64,000 nt of DNA from an uncultured Gammaproteobacteria bacterium. Lineage in GTDB: Bacteria > Pseudomonadota > Gammaproteobacteria > Steroidobacterales > Steroidobacteraceae. Below the pieces are notes generated by a model. It saw only the letters and a program-made list of their open reading frames with translations, made no database searches and was not told the origin of the DNA. Positions 1 through 9,871 of the stretch are shown piece by piece (the stretch's first letter is position 1; each line of letters opens with the position of its first letter). The position numbers and the translations under genes were made by a program. Location of the stretch: contig CAVZUU010000006.1 of the NCBI GenBank assembly GCA_963778585.1, forward strand, positions 660-64,659, read 5' to 3'.

Positions 1-109
1 GCGTCATTCTTATTGCGTCATCGCGAGAATGCTCCGGTGGGAATCGGGGCTTTTCACTGCAATATTCGGCAATCAAGACAAACGCAGCAAATTCATGGCG
101 GGCGAATAA

Positions 110-667
110 ATGAAAAAAGAAGCGATTGACGATCACATCGGCCGGTACATTCGGCGCATTCAACTGGGTCTGCGATTTCTGGGCCACGGTGCCCGCGCAC
201 ATACGACTTGCCAGTGGACCGGCCTCACTCCCGACCAGCTGGTCACCGTGCGCCGCCGGTCGAAGTTCAACTCCAATGAGCGGCTGCGTGGCCCCTCACC
301 GAGTTCCTTCTCCGTATTCTTCCGCTCGAACCGAAGCAGCAGCCAGGCGGCGCTCTTCGTCTCCCTTTGCCGCGTCGTCGGCGCCTCCCGGCCGACGAGA
401 TCCATCGAGAATGGCGAAAGACTCTGCGAGGCTTTCGAGATCTTCCGTGAGTGGGAACCCACATCTGACCTTGAGTTCGAGCAAGCGGTGTTGCTCATGG
501 ACGGCGCCGCTCGGGGCGACCACGTCGATTGCCTGCCTTGCTCGTCGTGTGCGGGTTCCATGCTCATCGACAAGTTCGGCGATACACGGGCTGTCTGTCA
601 CGTTTGTCGGCGCAATCTGCGCCAAACCAAGGGAACACTCAGAGAGGTCCCGGCTTGCGCTTCCTAA
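110..667 (+). CDS. FlhC/SetC-like transcriptional activator (mobile-element type), putative
   Basis: 185-aa ORF. The central RGPSPSSFSVFF motif resembles FlhC RGSPPPKGMLPFS. The C-terminal Cys cluster CLPCSSC-x15-CHVC resembles the FlhC zinc site. Lies in island DNA that looks lower in GC. Confidence 0.5.
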   Translation: MKKEAIDDHIGRYIRRIQLGLRFLGHGARAHTTCQWTGLTPDQLVTVRRRSKFNSNERLRGPSPSSFSVFFRSNRSSSQAALFVSLCRVVGASRPTRSIENGERLCEAFEIFREWEPTSDLEFEQAVLLMDGAARGDHVDCLPCSSCAGSMLIDKFGDTRAVCHVCRRNLRQTKGTLREVPACAS

Positions 668-1122
668 CGTGACAGCAACGCCTGCAGTCCGTGGTACGCG
701 AACAGTGCAGCCCCTAGGCCGAGCGACCCGGCAAACATCTGCAGGAATTCAAATCGCGGACCGGCGGCCGAAAGCTCGAAGACTGTGGCCGCCAGGACTC
801 CCAGCACCATTGCAAAACTGAGAACCGCGCGAACCACTGGTTCGAGCAGGGTCAGCAGCGCGAGAAGCGGCAATCGTACAAGGTGCCAGACGATTCGCGC
901 GACTGTAGCAAGCACGGATTGCGCCCCAATCGCTTGCATTGAACTGATTGGTCGTGCACTCGTCATTGCGCCAGATTGCATTTCGTCAGTACTCCGTGAT
1001 CCAACCAACCTCAGCGGCGTCGCTAGGCTTTCTACCCCACTTTCCTCGAATCCCATCTGGACTCCTCTCCGGATCACTCTTTCACCACAAGTACACCTAA
1101 AATTTTCCGCGAATATCACCAC
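664..1122 (-). CDS. hypothetical membrane protein
   Basis: 152-aa ORF whose C-terminal ~100 aa contain three hydrophobic segments (LPLLALLTLL, SFAMVLGVLAATVF, SLGLGAALFAY). The true start is probably an internal Met. No family recognised. Confidence 0.3.
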   Translation of the reverse strand: MVIFAENFRCTCGERVIRRGVQMGFEESGVESLATPLRLVGSRSTDEMQSGAMTSARPISSMQAIGAQSVLATVARIVWHLVRLPLLALLTLLEPVVRAVLSFAMVLGVLAATVFELSAAGPRFEFLQMFAGSLGLGAALFAYHGLQALLSR

Positions 1123-1549
1123 TGCCTTTTGCTGGGCGATCGGAGACGATTCTCGTCATGGCAACTTTCGACGAGACAACTGTCGTGCAACTCAGAACAA
1201 CCGATCCCGATCAAGATTCGAATTCCAAGACATCCAGGATGCCGACCTCCGTATCCCGGTGGATTCATGAGCGACTGCCTCCCCTGCAGGAACTCCTGTG
1301 CACCCATGACGTGGTTCGACTGACCAGACGCCTACGCTGCGTGATCGCTGGGTTATGCCTGATCCGTCGGTTTTCGAAGACACTCAAGCGCCACGGCCAC
1401 ACCGTTGCCGGTCGCCGCTTCGACGGGATCGCACGGCTGGCAGAGCAGCTTGGGTTTAGACGCGACAAAGGCAGGATCAAGCGGTCGCCTACGCGCAGAC
1501 GCCGCCGCAAGCGCGGCACCCACGGCAAGGCTTCTCCGGATGGTCGCCG

Positions 1550-1846
1550 ATGAATCCGAGCGGCGGGATCGCCGATGAAAAACACCACGGGGCCAGCGTA
1601 GTTCCGGCGTTCTACCGAATTCGGGATGTAATCCGGATGACAGCCTTGACGCGTGCGACGCTCTATCGGCGCATTTCGGCCGGTCGCTTTCCTCCGCCGG
1701 TTCACTTGGGCGGACGCGTCTGTGCATGGCCCCGAACTGCGCTGCAAGCCTGGATCGCCGATCCGGAGCACTATCGTGCACCGCAGTCGCCGGAGTCGGC
1801 CGCGTGTCGCTCACGGGGCCGGCCCCGCAAGTACGCTACGACGTGA
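1550..1846 (+). CDS. alpA: AlpA-family phage/island regulatory protein (excisionase-like HTH)
   Basis: The motif RIRDVIRMTALTRATLYRRISAGRFPPPVHLGGRVCAWPRTALQAWI matches the AlpA/Phage_AlpA HTH signature. The exact start is uncertain. Confidence 0.75.
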   Translation: MNPSGGIADEKHHGASVVPAFYRIRDVIRMTALTRATLYRRISAGRFPPPVHLGGRVCAWPRTALQAWIADPEHYRAPQSPESAACRSRGRPRKYATT

Positions 1847-1874
1847 GTAGTCATGGCGTCTTCAGGGCCGGAGG

Positions 1875-3097
1875 CTACGCAGCTATCCGTTGCCCTGGCT
1901 CTACCGATTGCGCATGCTGATCGCATGCCTTCTCCTTAGCCTGCCGACACGCGTCGTCCAGGTAATCCGCCCACGCTTGCATCATCCTCGCGCGCGGCTC
2001 CAAGTAGAGCGCATGGTTGTACGCCGCGCTGATCGCATCACGCTCCTGGTGGGCGAGCTGTAATTCGATATGTTCATGCGGCCACGCCAGCTCGTGAAGG
2101 ATTGTTGAGGCCACGCCGCGAAAGCCGTGGCCCGTCATGCGTCCGCGATACCCCATCCGGTAGAGGGCAAACAGAAGCGTGTTGCCGCTCATGGGCTTTT
2201 CGGGGTTCACGTCGCCCGGAAAGACGAAATCCCGTCCAAACGAAATCGCCCTCAGTTGCTCGAGGACAGCCTTTGCCTGCGTGCTCAGCGGCACGATGTG
2301 CGGTGTCTTCATCTTCATGCGCTCGGCCGGGATATCCCAGCGCGAAGCGCCGAGGTCGAATTCCGACCAGCGCGCACCGATCAGTTCCGAAGTGCGGACG
2401 AATGTTAAGCGACATGAGCTTGAGTGCCAGGCGCGTGTGCTCTCCACCGACATAGGCGTCGATGGCAAGCAGAAGTGCCGGCAAGCTCCTTCGCGTCGAC
2501 GCGCGGGAAGTGCCGACGTTTGCGCGGTCTCAGGATGTCCGCCGGCCTCACGTCCACTACGGGATTGCGCGCCGCATAGTCATTTGCCACGGCGTAACGC
2601 ATGATCTGGCCACAGTTCTGCAGGACTCGTCGAGCGATCTCGAGCGCCCCCCGCGCCTCGATCTTCTTCACGACATCTCGGAAGGCCGAGGTCGGGATCT
2701 CGGTAGGTAGCCGCGCACCAATCGCCGGGAAAACGTCCACCTCCAGCCGCTTGAGAACGTAGTGCGCATACCGCCCATGGCGGTGAGCGGACCATCGCTT
2801 ATGCCATTCGCGCGCCACGATTTCGAATGTCTTACCGGCAGCACGCTTTTTGGCCGCAGGGTCCAGGCCGTCGGCAAGCAGGTCGCGCGCGCCGTAGAGA
2901 CGTTCGCGTGCCTTGGCCAGCGAGACGTCCGGATAGACACCGAGGGCGAGGGTCTTTTGCTTGCCGTTGAAACGGTAGTTGAATCGCCAGTAGCGACCAC
3001 CGTTCGGAAGTATCTTCAGGAGCAACCCGTTTCCGTCCGAGAGGCTCCGTGGGCGCGACCCGGGTTTGGCTGCGCGTATCCGGGAATCGGTGAGCAT
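1875..3097 (-). pseudogene. int: P4/CP4-57-type tyrosine integrase, disrupted by two frameshifts
   Basis: The N-terminal DUF4102-like part (MLTDSRIRAAKPG...GKQKTLALGVYPDVSLAKAR) is in one frame (2405-3097). The segment PALLLAIDAYVGGEHTRLALKLMSL is in a second frame (ORF 2074-2484). The catalytic part (TFVRTSELIGARWSEFD...HGFRGVASTILHE...LAHQERDAISAAYNHA) is in a third frame (1875-2468). Confidence 0.85.
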
Positions 3098-3260
3098 TTG
3101 ATGGTATCTCCATGCTCACCGGTGCTGGTACCAACAAATGTACCAACAAACCGGTGAACTACCCCGAAACGATACGAAACGCCCTGCGCTCGGAACACCC
3201 GGAGATTCAAGGGAATTTCCGGTATTCCGAGACAGCATGAGCTGTCATGAAAATGATAAT

Positions 3261-3351
3261 TGGCGGAGAGAGAGGGATTCGAACCCTCGATGGGCTTTTG
3301 ACCCATACACCCTTAGCAGGGGTGCGCCTTCGACCACTCGGCCATCTCTCC
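3261..3351 (-). tRNA. tRNA-Ser (anticodon GCU)
   Basis: The reverse complement reads GGAGAGATGGCCGAGTGGTCGAAGGCGCACCCCTGCTAAGGGTG...GAGGGTTCGAATCCCTCTCTCTCCGCCA. It has a 7-bp acceptor stem, anticodon loop CTGCTAA, a long variable arm, the T-loop TTCGAAT and an encoded CCA. Confidence 0.93.
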
Positions 3352-3431
3352 GGATACGGCCCTCCCGCCTGGAAGGGGCGCAAATCATACGCACCGGCTG
3401 TGATGCCGGTAAAGCTTGCGTGATGAGGGCC

Positions 3432-3647
3432 TCAGGCCGTGGCGACGGCGGCTGGATCCTTGCCGTCTTCAGTGGCCGTCACTTTCTCGTGGCGGATTCG
3501 CTCGTAGATTTCTTCGCGGTGGACGCCGACTTCTTTCGGCGCTAACACCCCGATACGAACCTGATTGCCCTTGATGCCGAGGACCGTGACCGTGACGTTG
3601 TCACCGATCATCAGCGCCTCACCGACGCGACGCGTCAGGATCAGCAT
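3432..3647 (-). CDS. csrA: carbon storage regulator CsrA/RsmA
   Basis: [51 protein letters not shown] is near-canonical CsrA. The ATG at 3647 is preceded by a GGAGAAGGGAG Shine-Dalgarno sequence. Confidence 0.95.
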   Translation of the reverse strand: MLILTRRVGEALMIGDNVTVTVLGIKGNQVRIGVLAPKEVGVHREEIYERIRHEKVTATEDGKDPAAVATA

Positions 3648-3745
3648 GACTCCCTTCTCCCCCAATCCAGTCGTTTCTTATCGAGCGCGCAAAAATGATA
3701 GCACAGGGGTCGGTTGCGGATTAATTATGTCAAATCAAGGGTTTG

Positions 3746-4957
3746 TCAGCGCTCGAGTCCGTAGGCCTTGTGAAGCGCCCGAACTGCCCGTTCCAGGTCT
3801 TTTTCCGCGACCAACACGCTGATCTTGATCTCGGAGGTCGAAACCAGCCGGACATTGATCGCCTCTGTCCCCAGTGTCTCGAAGAGCCTGGCGGCGACAC
3901 CCGCGTGCGAGCGCATGCCGGAGCCCACGATGGCGAGCTTGGCCACGCGATCGTCGCCCGCGACGGTGACGTCGGGATACCGGCCGGCAGCGCGGCGGGT
4001 GAGTTCCATTGCTTTCGGGTAGTCGTCGCGGTGAACGGTGAACGAAAGGTCGACGCGGCCCTCGCGCGGCGCATTGACGACGATCATGTCCAGCTCGATC
4101 GCGGCCTCGGACACGGGGCCCAGAAAGGCGTGGGCGACCCCGGCCTCCTGCGGCACCTGGGTCACGGTGATCACCGCTTCATCGCGATTGAAGGCGATGC
4201 CGGAGACGACGGGAGCTTCCACGTTCGGGTCCTCCTCGCAGATCAATGTGCCGGGGCCTGGTTCGAAACTCGACAGCACCCGCAGCTTCATACCGTGGCG
4301 CGCGGCAAACTCGACCGATCGCAGGTGCAGCACGCGCGACCCCTGCCCCGCGAGCTCGAGCATCTCTTCGAAGTTCACGCGAGGCAGCCGCCGGGCCTCG
4401 GGCACCATGCGTGGATCGGTCGTGTATACGCCGTCCACGTCGGTGAGAATCTGGCACTCGTCGGCCTTTAGAACGACCGCGAGTGCAACGGCCGTCGTGT
4501 CCGATCCGCCGCGGCCGATGGTCGTGAGGTCACCGTTCGCCGCGCGACCCTGGAAGCCCGCGATCACCGGCACGATGCCGCCGGCGAGATCTTGTTTCAG
4601 TCTCGCGCAATCGACGCGCTCGATCCGCGCGCGGCCAGCGGGCCCCGTCGTCTCAATCGGCAATTGCAGTGCGTTGTACGAATTCGCCTCGCAGCCGCTT
4701 TCCTTGAGCGCCATCGCGAGGAGCGCCGTCGACACCATTTCACCCGTCGCAAGGAGCGCATCGAGTTCGCGCGCATCCGGCTCCGCCGCGACTTCGCGCG
4801 CGAGCTCGATCAGCCGGTCGGTGGAATCGCCCATCGCGGAGACGACGACGGCAACCTGGTGGCCCCGCTTCGCCAGCCCCGCGACCTGGGATGCGACCGC
4901 GTGAATCCGCGCGACGGAGCCGACCGAAGTACCGCCGTATTTCTGTACTATCAGCAT
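3746..4957 (-). CDS. lysC: aspartate kinase
   Basis: 403 aa. N-terminus MLIVQKYGGTSVGSV, a GRGGSDTTA motif and C-terminal ACT repeats. Confidence 0.93.
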   Translation of the reverse strand: MLIVQKYGGTSVGSVARIHAVASQVAGLAKRGHQVAVVVSAMGDSTDRLIELAREVAAEPDARELDALLATGEMVSTALLAMALKESGCEANSYNALQLPIETTGPAGRARIERVDCARLKQDLAGGIVPVIAGFQGRAANGDLTTIGRGGSDTTAVALAVVLKADECQILTDVDGVYTTDPRMVPEARRLPRVNFEEMLELAGQGSRVLHLRSVEFAARHGMKLRVLSSFEPGPGTLICEEDPNVEAPVVSGIAFNRDEAVITVTQVPQEAGVAHAFLGPVSEAAIELDMIVVNAPREGRVDLSFTVHRDDYPKAMELTRRAAGRYPDVTVAGDDRVAKLAIVGSGMRSHAGVAARLFETLGTEAINVRLVSTSEIKISVLVAEKDLERAVRALHKAYGLER

Positions 4958-4972
4958 CCGGCGTGGATTGTT

Positions 4973-5449
4973 TCAGTTTTCCGGGGGAATCGGCAGGCCG
5001 GTCGTGCTTTTCAGTCGCTCCATCGAGAAAAGCGCGGACACATCGGCGAGACTCGGCAGGCGATCGATCAGCTCCTTGTAGGTCCGGTCATAGCCCGCAA
5101 TGTCGGGCACGATGACCTTCAGCAGGTAATCCACGTCGCCGCCGATGCGATGGCATTCGAGAATCTCGGGCATCGCCGCAATCACCTCGTTGAGCTTCCG
5201 CGCCCAGGCGGCGCTGTGCTCGCGCGTCTTGACGCGAACGTAGACCGTAAGGCCGAGACCGACTTTCTCCGGATCGACAAGCGCGACCCGGCCCTGGATC
5301 ACGCCAGCCGTTTCCATCTGGCGGATACGCCGCCAGCACGGGTTGACCGAGAGCCCGACCCGGTCGGCGATCTTCTGGATCGCAAGTGAGGCATCTTCCT
5401 GGATGAGGGCGAGGATCTCGCGATCGATCTTGTCTAGAGTGCTCATCAT
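4973..5449 (-). CDS. Lrp/AsnC family transcriptional regulator
   Basis: 158 aa. LDKIDREILALIQEDASLAIQKIADRVGLSVNPCWRRIRQME forms the HTH, followed by a C-terminal AsnC-type ligand domain. Confidence 0.9.
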   Translation of the reverse strand: MMSTLDKIDREILALIQEDASLAIQKIADRVGLSVNPCWRRIRQMETAGVIQGRVALVDPEKVGLGLTVYVRVKTREHSAAWARKLNEVIAAMPEILECHRIGGDVDYLLKVIVPDIAGYDRTYKELIDRLPSLADVSALFSMERLKSTTGLPIPPEN

Positions 5450-5525
5450 CCAAGATTAGCAAATATTCCCAATATCGGTTATATCTATCACATGAAATGG
5501 GAGATATTTTGCCATTGTTGGGACT

Positions 5526-5798
5526 ATGATGACATCCATGAGTCTCTGGCGACGCCTTTTCACCGCTCACCCAGCCAGCGTGAACGAGAGCTACTGGCAG
5601 CATCTCGCGAGCGCCGCCGGATTCGGCTTCCGAATGATCTGGGGCGGGCTCGTCTGCCTCGTGCACGCAGTGATACCGGGCGTGTGCTGCACCAAGGGCA
5701 GTGAAATGATCGGCGAACTGCACGAAAAGATGGTCATCAACCGCCGCGGCCTCGCGCAGTCTCAGGATCTCGCGATGGAGACTCGTCGCGCCGCCTAG
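5526..5798 (+). CDS. small conserved hypothetical membrane protein (DUF6356-like, tentative)
   Basis: 90 aa. FTAHPASVNESYWQHLASAAGFGFRMIWGGLVCLVHAVIPG resembles a widespread small-protein family. Divergent from the Lrp gene. Confidence 0.5.
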   Translation: MMTSMSLWRRLFTAHPASVNESYWQHLASAAGFGFRMIWGGLVCLVHAVIPGVCCTKGSEMIGELHEKMVINRRGLAQSQDLAMETRRAA

Positions 5799-6715
5799 CG
5801 CCGGTTCAGGCGCACCTGCAGCTCGCGCCGCCGATAGTCGATCACGAGCGTATCCAGCAAGCCCAGCACGTCCATGCCGACCAGCATGGTCGGTTCTTCC
5901 GTCATCTTCCAATGCTCGAAGATCGCGAAGTCCGCGAAGGTCATCGCGGCATTTCGCACCAGGATATCCCCCAACGCGAGCGACGGCGTCGAAACACGAT
6001 TGCCGGTCTGCACGTCGAGCGTGGCGCCGGTCACGTCGTCCGGCGTCCAGGTATTGTATTTCCGGCGTCGCTCCGCGAGCGCGGTCCTGAGCGCCTCGTT
6101 CCCAAGCGTGGCCTGCCCGCCCGTATCGATCACTGCCTTGACCGGAACACCGCCGAGATAGGCGTCCACGACCAGCAAGCGTCCGCGCAGGAATTTGACC
6201 GGTATGGTCGCGAAGCCGCTGCCGGCCCTTTCGTTCTTCGAGCGCATGATCGTAATGCTGTCGCGTCGGAAGTCGATGTGGATGCGCTTGTTGGCGAGGC
6301 CGTCTGTTCCGAGGACGCCCTCGGCGCCGCCGAGCGCGTCCGGCACGATCGGCAGCCGGCGCGGCTCCATCAGGAGTTCACCGACCTCGAGCGTTTCCAC
6401 CGGAACGAAGGGCACGGCGACCGAACCGGTGGTGCCGCGAAGCATCACCGAGTGGTTCGCATTAATTGGAATGCCGAGCGTCTCCGCCACGCGCGCGGTC
6501 AGGGCCGAATGGCTGGCGCCGGTGTCGAGCACGAGCCGGAAGGGTCCCTGGCCATTGATCAGGACCGGCGCCCAGATACGGCCGATCTTGTCGCGCCGCG
6601 TCGGCGCGACGAATCGCGGCTCCGGCGCGGTGACGGCAAGTTCTTCGAGTACCGGCTGCTCGACTGGCGGCAGGATTGCGAGCAGTACGGTGAGCGGTAG
6701 CGCGGCGATCGACAC
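5795..6715 (-). CDS. retropepsin-like (clan AA) aspartic protease with two DTG-type domains, signal-anchored
   Basis: Two catalytic-type motifs, LVLDTGASHSALT and AVIDTGGQATLGN, lie in one chain. The GTG at 6715 gives the N-terminus SIAALPLTVLLAILPP. The longest ORF start (6793) would overlap alaS. Confidence 0.65.
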   Translation of the reverse strand: MSIAALPLTVLLAILPPVEQPVLEELAVTAPEPRFVAPTRRDKIGRIWAPVLINGQGPFRLVLDTGASHSALTARVAETLGIPINANHSVMLRGTTGSVAVPFVPVETLEVGELLMEPRRLPIVPDALGGAEGVLGTDGLANKRIHIDFRRDSITIMRSKNERAGSGFATIPVKFLRGRLLVVDAYLGGVPVKAVIDTGGQATLGNEALRTALAERRRKYNTWTPDDVTGATLDVQTGNRVSTPSLALGDILVRNAAMTFADFAIFEHWKMTEEPTMLVGMDVLGLLDTLVIDYRRRELQVRLNRR

Positions 6716-6746
6716 GTTATCTCCGACCGGCCGCGCCGGGCCGCGT

Positions 6747-9377
6747 TCAGCTTCCCCCGAGCTTTTCGGCCACCAGTGGCTCGACGGCCGCAAGCGCGGC
6801 TTCGAGCTTTGCAGGGTCGGTGCCGCCGGCCTGGGCGAAGTCCGGGCGACCGCCGCCGCGGCCGCCGACGATTTTCGAGATCTCGCCGACCAGGTCGCCC
6901 GCGCGAATCTTCTGCGTGAGGTCCGGCGTGACTCCCGCGACCAGCGAAACCTTGCCTTCCTCGGTCACAGTACCGAGCACGATGACCGCGGAGCCGAGCC
7001 GGCCTTTCAGCGAATCCACGGCTTCGCGCAGCGACTGCGCATCGGCGCCGTCGATCGCGGTCGCCACGACCTGGACTCCCTTCACATGGACCGCGTTCTC
7101 GGCCAGGTCGCCGCGATGGCCGGAGGTCAGTTTCGACTTCAGGCTCGCCACTTCGCGCTCGTACTTCTTCTGCTGCTCGAGGAGTTGCGTGACCTTGCCC
7201 TCGAGTTCCGCCGGTGACGCGCGAAGCGCGGACGCGATGCGCTTCAGCGTCGCATCCGTCGCCTTGACGGCCTCGAGCGCGCCCTCACCCGTCACCGCTT
7301 CGATGCGCCGGATGCCGGAGGCGATGCCGCCCTCGTTCGTGATCCTGAAGAAGCCGATGTCGCCCGTGCGCCCGACGTGCGTGCCGCCGCACAACTCGGT
7401 CGAGAAGTCGCCGAAGCGCAGCACGCGCACCTGGTCGCCGTATTTTTCGCCGAAGAGCGCCATCGCGCCCGACTTGATCGCGGCGTCGTAGGGGAGATGC
7501 TTGATGTCGGCGGCCGAGTTGCGCCGAATTTCGGCATTGACCAGGCGTTCAATCTCGTCGAGTTCCTGCGGCGTCACGGGCTGCGTGTGCGAGAAATCGA
7601 AGCGCAGGCGATCGGGCGCGACGAGCGAGCCCTTCTGGATCACGTGCGTGCCGAGGACCTTGCGGAGCGCCGCGTGCAGCAGGTGAGTCGCCGAATGGTT
7701 GAGAACCGTCGCCTGGCGGGTCGCGGCATCCACGATCGCCGCGACGATATCGTCTTTCCTGAATGTCCCGGCCTCGACGCGGCCGAGATGGATGTGCGCA
7801 TCGCCCTGTTTTCTCGTGTCCGTCACCTGAAACCGGGACGAACCGTTCTGCAGGCTGCCGACGTCGCCGACCTGCCCGCCGGACTCGGCATAGAACGGCG
7901 TGACGTCCAGCACGATCCCGGCTTCCTCGCCGGCCGAGACTGATTCCGCTTCGGCTCCGCCCTTCAGTATTGCGAGGATCTGGCCCTCGCCCTGGAGATG
8001 ATCGTAGCCGGTGAACTCGCTCTCGACCCCGAGCGTGTCGGAGCCGCGCATGTCCACGCCGAAGCGGCTCGCCGCACGGCCGCGCTCGCGCTGCGACGTC
8101 ATCGCCCGCTCGAATCCCGCCTCGTCCAGCTTGAAACCGCGCTCGCGCGCGATGTCGGCCGTGAGATCGACTGGAAATCCGTAAGTGTCATAGAGCTTGA
8201 AGACTGTTTCACCGGCGATGGTCTTGCCTTTCATCTTCTTGATCGCGGCCTCGAGGAGCGCCATGCCGTTCTCGAGAGTCTCGGCGAAGCGCTCCTCTTC
8301 CTGGCGCAGCACCCGCACCACGTGATCGGCGCCATTCGCGAGCTCCGGATAGGCCGGGCCCATTTCCTGTGTCAGCGCAGGCACGAGCCGGTGAAAGAAG
8401 GGCTTTTCCTGACCGAGTTTGTAGCCGTGGCGGATCGCGCGCCGGATGATTCGGCGGAGCACGTAGCCGCGGCCGTCGTTGCCGGGGATCACGCCGTCAA
8501 CGATAAGGAAAGAGCAGGCGCGGATGTGGTCGGCAATCACGCGCAGTGACGGGCTCGTCGACTTCTTCTGGTGCGTCGCATCGGCCGCGGCCGCGATCAG
8601 GCTCCTGAACAGGTCGATGTCGTAATTCGAATGCACGCCCTGCATGACGGCGGCCGCGCGTTCGAGGCCCATGCCGGTGTCGACGGAGGGTTTCGGCAGC
8701 GGCGTCGTCCGGCCTTCGGCCGAGCGCTCGTACTGCATGAAGACGAGATTCCAGATCTCGACGTAGCGGTCACCGTCCTCGGTCTTCGAGCCGGGCGGGC
8801 CGCCTTTCACATCGGGGCCGTGGTCGTAGAAGATCTCGGAGCACGGGCCGCAGGGACCCGTGTCGCCCATCGCCCAGAAGTTTGACTGCTCGTCGAGCCG
8901 CGCGAAATGCCTCGGGCTCACGCCGATCGTCTTCAGCCAGATATCGGCCGCCTGGTCGTCGTCCTTGTAGACCGTGACCCAGAGCCTTTCCGGCGGGATC
9001 CGGAGCGTGCCGGTCACGAAGTCCCAGGCGAACTCGATCGCCTCACGCTTGAAGTAATCCCCGAAGCTGAAATTTCCGAGCATCTCGAAGAAAGTGTGAT
9101 GCCTCGCGGTGTAGCCGACGTTCTCGAGGTCGTTGTGCTTGCCGCCCGCGCGCACGCAGCGCTGCGAGCTTGCGGCGCGCTTGTAGTTACGTTCGTCCTT
9201 GCCGAGGAAGACGTCCTTGAACTGCACCATGCCGGCATTCGTGAAAAGCAGCGTCGGATCGTCGCCGGGCACGAGCGGCGATGACGGCACCACCGCGTGG
9301 CCGCGCGCACGGAAGAACTCCAGGAAGGCACTCCGGAGCTCGCTGCTCGACATCGTCGATTTCTTCTTCGCCGCCAT
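6747..9377 (-). CDS. alaS: alanine--tRNA ligase
   Basis: 876 aa from the ATG at 9377 ([27 protein letters not shown]...). Class II motifs and the C-terminal editing and DHHA1-like regions are recognisable. The start overlaps the recX stop. Confidence 0.95.
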   Translation of the reverse strand: MAAKKKSTMSSSELRSAFLEFFRARGHAVVPSSPLVPGDDPTLLFTNAGMVQFKDVFLGKDERNYKRAASSQRCVRAGGKHNDLENVGYTARHHTFFEMLGNFSFGDYFKREAIEFAWDFVTGTLRIPPERLWVTVYKDDDQAADIWLKTIGVSPRHFARLDEQSNFWAMGDTGPCGPCSEIFYDHGPDVKGGPPGSKTEDGDRYVEIWNLVFMQYERSAEGRTTPLPKPSVDTGMGLERAAAVMQGVHSNYDIDLFRSLIAAAADATHQKKSTSPSLRVIADHIRACSFLIVDGVIPGNDGRGYVLRRIIRRAIRHGYKLGQEKPFFHRLVPALTQEMGPAYPELANGADHVVRVLRQEEERFAETLENGMALLEAAIKKMKGKTIAGETVFKLYDTYGFPVDLTADIARERGFKLDEAGFERAMTSQRERGRAASRFGVDMRGSDTLGVESEFTGYDHLQGEGQILAILKGGAEAESVSAGEEAGIVLDVTPFYAESGGQVGDVGSLQNGSSRFQVTDTRKQGDAHIHLGRVEAGTFRKDDIVAAIVDAATRQATVLNHSATHLLHAALRKVLGTHVIQKGSLVAPDRLRFDFSHTQPVTPQELDEIERLVNAEIRRNSAADIKHLPYDAAIKSGAMALFGEKYGDQVRVLRFGDFSTELCGGTHVGRTGDIGFFRITNEGGIASGIRRIEAVTGEGALEAVKATDATLKRIASALRASPAELEGKVTQLLEQQKKYEREVASLKSKLTSGHRGDLAENAVHVKGVQVVATAIDGADAQSLREAVDSLKGRLGSAVIVLGTVTEEGKVSLVAGVTPDLTQKIRAGDLVGEISKIVGGRGGGRPDFAQAGGTDPAKLEAALAAVEPLVAEKLGGS

Positions 9378-9871
9378 CAGTCCTCGCCGGGAAACTGGCC
9401 GACCGCGGCGCGGATCTGCTCCGCGCTGAACCCGCGCAGGCTCAGGAATCGCGCCTGCCGGCCGCGCTGGATCCAGGTCGTCGGAAGCTTGGTGCCGAAG
9501 CGCTTGCGCCGGACTTCGGCGCAACGCGTCCGCCAGTTTGCCGATTCCGCATCGACCGCCGCCGCGATTCGATCCGGAGACACGCCTGCCTCGCGCAGTT
9601 TGTATGCAATTCCGATGGGTCCACGACCGCGATTCGCATGATACGCGACGAAATGCTCCGCGTAGCGGGTGTCATCCACGAGCTTCTCGGAGACGAGTTC
9701 GTCGACCGCGGCGATGGCGGTCGCCGGTTCGACGCCGCGCGCGACCAGGCGCTCGCTCAGCTCGCGAGCGCCATAGTCGCGGCGATTCAGCAGTTTGAGT
9801 GCCGCGAGCCGGGCTGCTTGCGGATCGTCCTGGACTTCCGGGACGACCGGCTTACGCCTCCGCAGCCTCAC
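9377..9871 (-). CDS. recX: recombination regulator RecX
   Basis: [29 protein letters not shown]... shows the three-repeat RecX pattern, immediately downstream of recA. The start is uncertain; the GTG at 9871 is the nearest canonical start and overlaps the recA end. Confidence 0.8.
   Translation of the reverse strand: MRLRRRKPVVPEVQDDPQAARLAALKLLNRRDYGARELSERLVARGVEPATAIAAVDELVSEKLVDDTRYAEHFVAYHANRGRGPIGIAYKLREAGVSPDRIAAAVDAESANWRTRCAEVRRKRFGTKLPTTWIQRGRQARFLSLRGFSAEQIRAAVGQFPGED

Noticed and set aside
1158-1553. 131-aa ORF upstream of alpA in the island
   Set aside because: It has no recognisable motif and an Arg-rich tail (RRRRRKRG) typical of off-frame translation. It could be a real island gene, but I cannot support that from sequence alone.
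4958-4972. Possible lysine riboswitch leader for lysC
   Set aside because: Only 15 nt separate the Lrp-family gene stop from the lysC ATG, so there is no room for an L-box.
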